In this document: piece after piece, positions 11,851 through 22,568 of the stretch
Numbering within the stretch: the stretch's first letter is position 1
How the letters are laid out: each line of letters opens with the position of its first letter
NCBI GenBank assembly: GCA_036172245.1
Contig: JAYWIR010000004.1
Span: 558,001-622,000 of the forward strand
DNA: 64,000 nucleotides
Direction: 5' to 3'
Source of the DNA: Raillietiella orientalis
Taxonomy: Eukaryota
Notes under the pieces: model-generated
Seen by the model: the letters and a program-made list of their open reading frames with translations, nothing else
Database searches by the model: none
What the model was told of the DNA's origin: nothing
Program-made: the position numbers and the translations under genes

Positions 11851-13690
11851 CCGGATGGAGAACCGCAGCCATGAAACCGCGAAGACTTGAGGAACCGTGC
11901 CGACTTCCATCGCGGCCATGCAACGCAGCCGCACGCTGCTGCGCCGACGACTCCGGAAGTGGAGCCAAACGGCAGCGAGCGAGTTTCGCGCACCCCTCCG
12001 CAAAGCACGGCCGCCACAACCGGACCACGGAGAGCGTCCCTCCGAGCCGCGAGGGAAGGTCCACGCACCTTCCAGTGCACCATCCTCCGTCGACGAGGCA
12101 CACGCCTCACGGCCACGTCGCACTCGGACGACGCCCCCGGACAAACTGCCGAGGAGACGCCTGCGTTGTCGCAAGCCTGACTGCCCGCCCCACGAACGAC
12201 GGCGGCGTCTTCGCCATCGCGGCGACACTTCCCGTGGAGCGACCCGATCGTCAGACTGGGAAAGCCATCCTCTCAGCCGCAGCCTCCGTGCTGAAGAGGG
12301 CGGCGAGGTGGCCTCACCTACGAACAAGAAGCGAGGAGAAAGCAGCAAGGCGGAAAGAGGCCGCAACAGCGAGCGAGCGCCGGGTTGCCCGAACAGCGTT
12401 CGGGCAACCCGCCGCGCACCTCTCCCTCCCTGCAAGACGACCTGCGAGTCGGGGACTCCTGCGCATTCGAGAATCGCCCGGTGCGCCGCCCGCGCCCCTT
12501 GCTTGTCGTGCCGCACCTTCGCTTGCAAGGAACGTCCCGGAGAGACACGAGTGCAGTGACCCACGCGTTCACCTGCGACCGCGGAGCAGCCGAGCTCGCA
12601 ACTCTCTCCCGTCCTTCCGGGGCGGGGAAGGTCGCCGACGGCAGAAGCGCAGCTTCTTCGCAACGCGATCGAGCTCGCGCACAGCACTCGCCGACTCGAA
12701 CGCAAACGCTTCCCCCCGTGTCCCACGCCACACGCTGGTCCGGAAGCGGTCGCGGGGCTACCGCGCCGCCCAACTGCATCCCAGTCGGTGCTCGGCTGCG
12801 GGGCACCAGTCGTGTCGTCGTCGTCGTCGTCGTCGCGCCGTGCCGTGCCGTGCCGTGCCGTGCCGTGCCGTGCCGTGCCGCTGCATCCCTGACTGTCGCG
12901 CCAGGGAAAAGCTCTCCGAAGCTCGCCCGACCCGAAGAGACCTCCGCCATCCGCGTCGTACCTTCGAAATCGGTCGCCCAACAACAGGCTGGCCAGCAGG
13001 CTCTTTGCATGCCGAGCTCCCACCCTTCGCACTCGACAAGAGCACACTCCGCTCGGCCCTGCCGATACGATTACGCAGTGCCGTTCCCGATTTCCATTCG
13101 CGTTTAATGGACTGTCGGTGCTCGAGTTCGATCGCAAATCGACAGCCTTTGTGTTCGCACTGAACTGCCATTGACGGTTCAATAATTCCCCTTTGAATAC
13201 AAATCCGTTTGAACGCATCCGTTGAGGAAGCTTTTCCGACCAGCTATTTTGCATGCGCAGGGTTGGCGCGATTCAGGGGCCCTACTTCGACTAGGGAAAT
13301 AGGACACTTAAGATACTCAAGGCGTTCGCATGAATGGCGCGAGAGAAAGAAGAACCAAAGCCGATTATTAATTATGGAGCAGAAATTGAAAAGCGTGATT
13401 TTTCAACGGACTCTTTGTCAACGTAAACATATTGAAATGGGGCACGCGGGTCAACGCCAGGAAGGTAATCTTTTCGCAGTAATTCCGGCAAGGACTCCCT
13501 CCCTCCGTCCTCGCTCGAAGACGCGGGGCGCCCCGAAGGAGCGCTTCTTGCGCGTTCGCACCGCCCAGCAAAGCGCCCGCACCCTGGTCCTACTTCCTCA
13601 CGAAATCCACCAAAGTCCCGTTCAAATGAGAAGGGCGTCCGGGCACCCACCTTGAGACGAACGGGCCAGCAGTCGCAGGCTTCGGTTGCA
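11400..13690. repeat. Left arm of a 2.29-kb inverted repeat (partner 29576-31866)
   Basis: The ORF track shows mirror-identical translations (e.g. 11548..13254- vs 30012..31718+, 11667..13163+ vs 30103..31599-) with a constant coordinate sum of 43266, so no indels. Both ends were checked base by base. Confidence 0.97.
12814..12880 (+). repeat. Compound microsatellite (GTC)7 + (TGCCG)8
   Basis: Read directly; mirrored at 30386-30452 with the same unit counts. Confidence 0.95.
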
Positions 13691-14650
13691 GTGTTCCAAT
13701 CATCGAAGAAGTCGGAAGACTGGCAAGTTTTAGTGAAAGCTTGCAAGGAATTTCGCATGAAGAGCATGTAGTTAAGCACGTATTTCTCTTTCCTATATTT
13801 ATGTATCCCTGTAAATATAGGCAGTTGCAGACTAATGATTGATGGATTGCAAAAGGATAATCCCAAAATATTTTCTCTGCATCACTGAACAAACAGGCAT
13901 TGTGAATGTAATTGGCTTAGGCACGTTCAGAGTGATACTGCGACTACTGCTTCAGCATTTCATGTGCTATCTTATTTTGTTGGTAAGATTGACTCACTCA
14001 GAGTTGTGAAAGGGCAAAGGGCGTACTTGTGAAAGGGCGTATTCCAGCACAAATAAAATCATGAGCCTGCTATTTGCAACAATAATTGACTTTGGTATTA
14101 ACGTTACTTAAGATTTCATCAAGATACAGAGGAAGTGGTGAAAGAAAAGTGCAACAGTGAAACCAGTTCTCTTGACGCCTTCGATGTTTCGGTAGCTCCA
14201 GAAATCTTCAGAATCACTTAAGGAATAATACACACAACAACATAACAAACGGCTTCGCGTTGCACATCGAGGTAATGAAATCCTATACACTAAAGTGCAC
14301 GAACTGCACATAGAAGAAATCCAAAGGGATTATTGTTGATTATTTGTTGAAGGTATGGACACCATTCCTAACATCAAATAGACAATTGTCTCCAAAATTC
14401 TATAGTTTGCCATAAAAAAACTTTCATGACATCTCACTAACATGTTTTACACGAATCAGTAATTTGCTTTGATTTTTGCATATGAAGGATATCTTTGAAT
14501 ACTGAGTCAAACCACACAGGGATGATGGGGCGTATTATACAACAATTTGTGTAAATGCCAACATGCATTTGACACCTAAACTCAAAACATTGAAGAACAC
14601 ATTCGTGTTCTTGTATTTGCAAAATCTTAATCAGCATTTTGTGAAGAAAT
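13440..14650 (+). mobile_element. Possible decayed MULE-like transposase relic
   Basis: Fragments STKVPF...GHPP (inside the IR arm), IIVDYLLKVW (~14329-14358) and QNIEEHIRVL (~14583-14612) fall in the order expected for the MULE 'YF...W' and 'NN..E..H..L' motifs. Many stops. Confidence 0.3.
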
Positions 14651-15148
14651 AATCACTGAAACAACATTGACGAAAACGAAAAAATATATATTCTGGACTA
14701 TAAAACTGACATATGGTCAAGAACTAGTTATTTTATTTAGATTCACAAAACAAATGAACATGTGCTGCACATTAGATACAATGTGTTACTTAAACAAAGA
14801 AGTTTTTCTATTGAAGTAGTCAAGGAATGAAGGAAACACTACAACCATTTATGCCATAGCTTATATGATGTAAGGAAAATTATAGTCAATTTTTATTTCA
14901 CATTTCCCTGAGTTTAGCATGCAATATGCATAATAAGTTTACTATATTTGGACTACTGAGTATGCTATATATATAAAATGATATATATAAAAGGAAAAAA
15001 CACCTTGCAAAATACAGCCATACTGCATTTGTCCAGGCATCCACTCATTTACATACAGTCAACATACAAGGTTTCATCCTTATGAATAATAGTTAAAAAA
15101 TAAAATACCAGATGCTCAATGCATAAATTATTTTTACCAATGATTGAA

Positions 15149-16617
15149 TCACATATGTTTTTTGGTATCTACCAAAAATGATGTATTCTTCACCAAATAG
15201 CGATGTCTGGCTGTCTCCAATAATTGCTGTTTACGAAGTTTCAGGGAAGTCATGCGCTTTTGTGGAGACATGCTAAAACCAGTGAGTGAGTCATTTAAAT
15301 GTTTGGAGAGAAATGAATGGGTTCTTTCTGCTGCTGAACTAGGCTCTTGGAGACATGCTTGCTGAGAAGTTTCACTCCTATATATTTCTGATGTTTCTGA
15401 GTTGTCATTTCCTAAACACCTCATGAATTACATATAACACATCTTTAAAAACTCACCTTTAGCAGACTGGCATGAAAGCTTTGATGATGAAAGGTTCATC
15501 TGTTTCAAATATTGAACTTTGTCAACAGATGAAAAGGAAGATACTACAACTTGTAAATAACATGCCATTTCTTTAGCTACACGCTGGCAAAATTCTTCTG
15601 GTGTCTCATCAGCATTACGTGACATAAAAGGGAGCAAATGCAATGTGAACACAGTCACTGGAACAAAGGCAAACCAAAACAGATCAGTCCACCAATTTGA
15701 ATGCAGAAGTGATATGGATACTTCACACCAAGATGGTCTCCACACTTGTACACAAACAGGTTGAACTGGCACAGACAATGAAAATGGCCAAACTGCAAAT
15801 CTTAACACTAATAATATGACTGCAAATAATGGAGTGTTATACTACCTCAATATGCCAGCTTTACCATTTGTAATAGCTCCCTCGGGAAAAACTACTATTG
15901 GGCTTGAAAAAGAATTTCTTACATGTTCTTCAGCAAATAATGGCAAACGGGCATAACCATGAGGGAGGTTATGCAAGCCTATTGCAGAACTTAAGTTCCA
16001 AGGAAGATCATCACAATATAACTGTAAAGGAATTCACATCTATGCTTTTAACAATGGCATTCTTACTGTACAACAATTAAATACAAGATGAATGACTACG
16101 TGATCCAGCACTGTAACATGATTACAAACAATCAAAGGCACTTTAGTGCTTTCATATTTGGTATGGCTGTCAGTTTTCTTCACAACAATTCCCATCACAC
16201 CCCATAATACTCTTAAGCATATGCTATAGCACACCATGAATTTTGATCGAGTTAAATGCAACAACTTACCTTCTTAAAAACCCTGTTTGAGGCAGAAGAG
16301 CAATAGCTAACAGCATTTGCATACCCAGAAAAAAACGGACAATGAAAAGCACACATCCAATGGGAAAATATATGATAAGAAAGATAAGTTTCCAGCCCCC
16401 AGGCAATCTGTAACGAAATAAGGATGCTATTATTATCACAAAACTTATTCACATTCAAAATACAGATGGCTGCAATTTTTTTTCTAAACAAAAGGAAAGT
16501 GTTATCATAAAGAAAACAAATTTGACACCAACAGTGTCTGTAAGGACCAGATCACCAATACTGAACTAACAAATCATGTTACCTTTTCTGATAAAATAGT
16601 TGAGTAATATCATCCAT
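15149..16617 (-). CDS. AUP1: Ancient ubiquitous protein 1 (lipid droplet/ERAD factor), 6 exons
   Basis: Exons 16617-16583, 16407-16270, 16223-16067, 16021-15846, 15800-15457, 15411-15149 with GT-AG introns splice in frame. Product: MDDITQLFYQKRLPGGWKLIFLIIYFPIGCVLFIVRFFLG (hydrophobic hairpin), acyltransferase-like motifs CNHVTVLDH and FPEGAITNG..GILRFAVWPF, and a G2BR-like C-terminus RMTSLKLRKQQLLETARHRY, colinear with known AUP1. Confidence 0.93.
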
Positions 16618-17899
16618 ATTTTAAGGCATCTGTTCCAATTTATGGGAATCAAACAAGTATTTAATCAAGTATTAAGTAATTTTGCTGGATTCACGAACTG
16701 AACACAATCATCCTCATCATAAATGCGTGCACCTGAGGCTTGGGAATAGTATACCGAATTGAATTTCTGTGATGGTAAGTAACTCGTTACATTTGCTACA
16801 CAGTTAATCTTTTATCTGAATCCATTCCATATATTTTTATAACTTGAATTCAGAAATATTACACAAATCCTAAATGTGCTTTAACGTAATACTTTCAAAA
16901 GCTCTTTCAAAAATGATCTTACTCATTGGTGTGAACACTCAATGGTTAAAGTAAAGATTTCAGTAAATGCATTTACTTCGTTCAATAAGATTTTCCTAAA
17001 ATATGCTGCAAAGTCTCCCAGTGTTTGATGCTGTAGTTAGAACGTAGTGAATATATTGTCCACAATCTTTAACAGACTTTTCGAAAAGTGAAAAACGTAT
17101 GTTTTTGCAATGAGGAAATTTTCAAGAAAAAAAGGGTGATTGCGGCAAAGTTCCTCACAAAAGTGTTGACTCGAACCGAATAACAATATGCCTTGACAGA
17201 TTTTATCTAAAATAAGGATGCCCGAGAACCGAACTCACATATACGAATATACAAAGAAAACACTCCAATTCCGACTTCAATCAAAAATGCTAAATATTAT
17301 AAGGAATTTCTAAGATATTAAATACAAAGCCCAATCAAGCAGGCTATACATGCAAAATAAAAAGTCTGTAAATGGTTTGCAAGTTATACAATTTTCCCCA
17401 GTCCGACAAGTGGTAAAGTAAATTTATTGATCTAAACTACAATTTCACAAAGTTTGAACAAAGGCTGAGCAACATTTTGAACTACATTTCTTAACAAACA
17501 CACACTCTGCACGCTGCAGTTCATACTGATGATTGCACTTGCAAATCTTCTTGTATCTTTTGGAAGGTGTAAGACTTTTCCGCACTCTAATGCTAATTTC
17601 TCTTTTGGAAGGCCCATCATGATGTCCCGTGGTGTCGTGTGCGGACCCTCGTATCTTAGTCCTCCTGAGGAAGATGCTGGGGATGAAGAAGACAAGGATG
17701 ACCCTCGAAGTAGATTACACAGGGGTACAATTCCTTGTCTTTCGAAGAGTCCCCGAAGGATCTTGGGCTGTGTTATCCTTTCCCTGACTGCTTGACCGCT
17801 CCTCAATCCTCAAGAAGAGTTAGACAAGTGTAGAGGTGTTGGTTGTCTTCAGTGATCCTGAATGAAAGGCATCATTCATCACGGGAGTTCCTCATCCAG

Positions 17900-18800
17900 A
17901 TGTAAAGTCGTGCCCTCCGTAATAGAATGAATGTCCAAGGAAATTCGAAGTTTTACAGGACTGTTCCAATGGCTCGTAGGTTTAGGAAAGGGTGTCCAAA
18001 TCGTGCTCACGTTGTTTGCATGACTTCTGCCATGATGACGTGCAGCTATACATGATTTTCGAGAGCTCGGCTGTCGATTCACTACGAGCCCTGAACTTTT
18101 TAGAGTTTGTGGGTCCTATGGGCCGTCCATCCTTGCATCTGATGCTTGTAACTGAGCAATCGCACTTAGTGGATGTTCTCACTAATGAAGAATTGTTCAG
18201 TATCCAATGGTCAGTTTTCTCTTCTTCAGGAGCCATTTTCTGATGGTCTATAGCACCCTTATGACAAGCAGAATCTAGCTCCCTGCTCCAATATTCCCAG
18301 TTTAAGGCGATTTCGACGTGCAAACTGTTTATGAGGTGTTTTCTCAGCCAAGTCATGCCGATCTTTTGTTCTGGTGATTCAGAAAGCGCCAACATCACGC
18401 TGTTAACTCCGTTGAGCCACCCAGCGTATGCTCGGTAGAACACGGCCAGTTGTCCCAGGCGTTGACATGCATGATGAGATGCTGCAAGTCGTGATGTCGG
18501 GTGGCGTCTGTCATGTTCCGCATATCGATTCCTTCTGCCATCCGCGAAGGGCACAAGTATTTGAGTGTGACCCTGAGTTTCTTCAAGTTCCAAACTAGAC
18601 TTCTCCGGGCATTGGAAAGGTATTTTGTCACTTTCTCGGGAATCGCACCAAACAAGAATTGGGGAGCAAGCACCCTGTTCCCCAGGTTGACTTCTCTTAC
18701 AAGTGTATGTAGCATGAAAAAAATACGTAAACATGTAAACAGCGAGAAAACAAAGGTTCCTTTCATAAAGCTTTTCATCGCAGAATGCAGTTAATCTTCA
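17900..18800 (-). mobile_element. Decayed transposase relic (MULE-like, SWIM-like Cys cluster)
   Basis: Two overlapping broken ORFs (17982..18734 and 18395..18778), TKCDCSVTSIRCK near the 3' end, and local DNA similarity to the relic near 8500. Confidence 0.3.
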
Positions 18801-19822
18801 ATGTGTAAACGCCTGAAAACTTGTATTTAACTCTGTGAAAACAGATATTTTAATGATTTCATTGTTAATGCCTTGTACATTTAGAAGACTTCACTAAAGA
18901 AAACAAAGGGAGATCATTTACTCCACTTGCTTAGATATTAGAACGCATAAATAAATTATAGCAGCTAATTGCACCAGGGATTTATAAATTGTATTTTTAC
19001 CTCACAAGCGAAACACTTAAATTCCTTTGTATTCCTTACTACATTCATTGGTTTTTGACTTACATTTGAATAAATTATTCAGCTATTCTATGCAAAAATG
19101 CTCATGTTAAAAACCTACATGCTTTATAAATATAGTTTTTCCAAACTTCACTATTAAACCCATTCATGTTTGGTTCCTTCAAAATGAATTTAAGTCGGAA
19201 AGTTCGGAAGTTCATTTTTCTGTAAGATATATCTATTTCTGAATTTTTTTTAATCATCAGTGAGAAATAAGAATTTTCTTTAAAAAATGTGAGTAAAAAT
19301 AGTAGCCCTAACTTTTGTCTGACATTTGTAATTTACGAAAATGCAGGTATTCAATTTTCCATCTGCAGATTGTTTTACAATCGAAATAAAGTAATTTATG
19401 TAGTACGTTTCAAAGAAAAAGATTTTTCCCCCTTGTTAAAAATACTTTAATGTACGTATAAAATGTACGTGAATTCAAATGAGTGAGATGTGTGTGTATC
19501 AGTGCGGAGCGTTGCAGCTAGTGAGCTGTCGATAGGTTTGAGGAAATGTACGGAAGTGATTACTGTGTGCACATTTGTGTATCCCTATATACAGAGCCCT
19601 TGGAGCATGTAAATTGGAGTGAACAGAAACATATATGCAATTTACTCATTTATGTAATAAGACTGATGTAGAGAGAGAAAATGTCTCAAGTAATATCCGT
19701 TTGCTATCGTGAGCAGCGGTTGGAAGGTTTGGGAACTGCATTGAATTCGATTTGTCAAAAAATTTGAATGATAGTTCGATATTGGTTGCTGTTTTGCAGA
19801 TATGGATTATTAACAAAGTAGA

Positions 19823-20550
19823 ATGGATATCATTGGGAATACAGCAGTATTGTTTATTGTGATTATTAACTGGCAAGTTTCTAGGTGCTTATATTTTCAT
19901 ATTAAGGAGACGGAACGAAAATGTTTCATTGAAGAAATTCCGGATGATACAGTTGTTTTAGGTTAGTGTAAGCTTTTTCAATTTATGAATTCTAGTTTGT
20001 GCATATTTCTTACAAACGTTGTTTTTATCAAGGTAATTACAAAGTGGAACTTTATGATCCAAGAAGTAATGGTATAATGCCAAGTCAGCCTGGAATTGGC
20101 ATGCATGTAGAAGTTCGTGACCCAGATGATAAACTGGTTTTATCGAGACAATATAGTGCTGAAGGAAAGTTTACATTTACATCTGTAACTCCTGGAGAGC
20201 ACATTGTGTGCTTGCATTCTAACAGTAGCAAATGGTTCCAAGGTTCTCAGTTGCGAGTGCATCTTGACATTGATGTTGGCGAACAGGCTGTGGACTATCG
20301 CACTGTAGCACACAATGAGAAACTTAGTGAACTGCAGCTGCGTATGCGTCAATTACTAGAGCAAATGGAACAGATCACTAAGGAACAGAGTTACCAGAGG
20401 TATCGTGAAGAACGTTTCAGACAGACAAGCGTTAGTACAAATCAGAGAGTGCTGTGGTGGTCTTTAGGACAAATTAGTTTGTTGATTTTCATGGGACTTT
20501 GGCAAATGAGGCATTTACGTCGTTTCTTTGAAGCTAAAAAGCTTGTATGA
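19823..20550 (+). CDS. TMED9: p24 alpha-subfamily cargo receptor (TMED4/TMED9-like, GOLD domain), 2 coding exons
   Basis: Exon 19823-19961 (signal peptide [17 protein letters not shown], then [24 protein letters not shown]) joins exon 20033-20550 (GNYK...[12 protein letters not shown]...[13 protein letters not shown]...[24 protein letters not shown] helix, [10 protein letters not shown] with FF and dilysine motifs). TMED4 versus TMED9 orthology cannot be resolved. Confidence 0.95.
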
Positions 20551-20563
20551 TGTAAATGTGAAT

Positions 20564-20579
20564 GCAATAAATTTATTGC
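20564..20579. promoter_or_regulatory. Palindromic two-strand poly(A) signal candidate GCAATAAATTTATTGC
   Basis: Perfect 16-bp palindrome with AATAAA on both strands between the convergent TMED9 and SUOX ends; the minus-strand hexamer contains the SUOX stop codon. Confidence 0.6.
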
Positions 20580-22568
20580 TTTATTGAAATCTTGATACGG
20601 TGATATGCATTGCACAATACACCACGTAAGTTCCAAATGTTTTCAAAACTTTCAGGTTGTGTTTGGTAAGCAGAATCCACTGCTTTCACCCAAATTTCCA
20701 TATTGGTTGTTTCTGGTGCCACATTCACTGTGGTGGACCATAAGGTCCAACCCCAACAGTTATTGACATGAAATTGGGGCTTTGGATTCAAATCTGCTGT
20801 TTGCCATGATTTGCCATAATCATTAGTAACATCTACACGAATGATGCATCTACCACCCCCACTCCATGCATACCCTACAATTCACTTCAATATGTGCATA
20901 TGCATAAACACACAGTACCCTTAATTTTTAGTTTCCCATTCTTAACTTCAACAGTCTGTTTGTCTTCTGGCCAACAAATAGCTGAAGTAACAGGCAAATC
21001 TTGAATAGCAGGAGCTTGCGTCCAGTCTACTGAATCCCAATCTACTGAGGGCGAGAAACCCTTGTAATCATACTGTTGCCAATGAGAGTCACTCTCTTCA
21101 TCTGATGCCACAATACGCCCTAAAAAACAATTTCTAAGCTTTCCAGATTATAGTCTTACCTAGCCACTTCACATTACGTGCTCCTACTATTCCTGGAACT
21201 ATAACACGAATAGGATAACCATGATCTCTTGGGATAGGCTGTCCATTCATTTCATATGCCAAAAGCACATCAGCTTTTGGATCACATGCTCTTTCTTTTG
21301 GGATTGATGCTCCATAGCTCCTGTTTGCAACATCACAGTCCAGACCTTCAAACTACTCAAATGTGAAAGGAGTTGTGATGCTCTTTACCTGAATGTGCTT
21401 CACACTAGGATCAGAAGAATCAAATTTCACAGCTTCCAGCACATCAACTAGTCTTGCACCTGTCCATACAGTATTTCCAATGGCAGCATGTTTCCAATCC
21501 AAGCCACGAACTTTTTTAACAAGATTCATTTCAGATCGCCTATTTCCTGCACACTGAATGGCTGATGTAATTGTGTGACGAGGAAATTGCTTGATTTCAG
21601 CTATGCTAAAACTTCTGGGTTCTGATACACCTTTTCCACAGATTTCCAGGGAATAGGTGGATGCATCCACTACTGGTACTGGTAGGTGATTCCTCACATA
21701 AAATAATTCACTAGGAAATGGATAGCGTGATGTCATTTTTTTATACCCACTTTGGTGTCACATAACTGTCTGCTAAGATTGTAGGTGGTGTCTCAGCATT
21801 GAATGGTTTAACAGACTGTGGCTGGAGAGCTCTATGGCGTTCTGGTTCATGGGCATAAGGGTCTTCCAGATCTTTAACATCTTCTCCCACATCTTTAGCA
21901 CTAAGATTACCTAATGTATGGATTAAAGCAAAGTACCACAGCAATGTTACCTATTCTATAAGATTCTAACAAATTCAGAATTTGGGGATTGAAATGAACA
22001 CCATACAACATCCAGAATGGCTCAACTGATCCTCCTGCTGCCATCATTAAATTTTCAGAACCACCTTATATACTGAATGCCTTCTATCTTATAGTAAGTA
22101 CATGGAAACAGACCAGGATGGTGAGGTACAAAGTCAGTGATATCATAGACACCATTACGAAATGTCACCCATACTCGGTTCTCTACGGAATTGTGCTTAT
22201 TCACCTCTTCCATTGTATAGTGAGGGAGTGAGGGAATGTGATGACCTATGGTCTCTTGAGAAGAAGAAGCTGCAAGATCTAAGATTAACTAATTATGCTA
22301 TATTTTTTTTACATTTCTAAATCCATCTACCCTTATGGTCCAGTAAATGATAATGAACAGCAACACCTATACCAAATCCTAGGAAAGTAGTTCCAATAGA
22401 AATTGGGTTTGAGTATTTTTGAAAAAACGGATTCCATGATCCAAAATGAACTCCACGATTAGTTTTTACCAAATAGGAAGTCCAATTGGGAATCCGAATT
22501 CTTCTTAAACAGCTGAGTGTGATAGTTATTTCCTGTGTAAGGCAAAACAGTACTTACTTGAAAAACAT
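20573..22568 (-). CDS. SUOX: Mitochondrial sulfite oxidase (presequence, cytochrome b5, Moco and dimerization domains), multi-exon
   Basis: Spliced product: [14 protein letters not shown]... presequence with hydrophobic stretch; b5 domain [23 protein letters not shown]...[28 protein letters not shown]; Mo-ligand [67 protein letters not shown]...[15 protein letters not shown]. The first 11-nt exon (22568-22558) is inferred from frame. Confidence 0.96.

Noticed and set aside
12814..12880. Possible CRISPR-like repeat array
   Set aside because: Simple 3- and 5-bp microsatellites with no spacers, eukaryotic context and no cas genes.
11548..13254. 568-aa and 498-aa ORFs in the IR arms (mirrored at 30012-31718 and 30103-31599)
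   Set aside because: Most frames are open because of extreme GC content; the products are Arg/Ala/Gly-rich, translate microsatellites (TARHG, AVPCR) and show no recognisable domain.
22533..22557. 25-nt first intron of SUOX (GTAAGT...ACACAG)
   Set aside because: This acceptor gives an immediate stop after the ATG; the acceptor at 22513 (45-nt intron) restores the reading frame.
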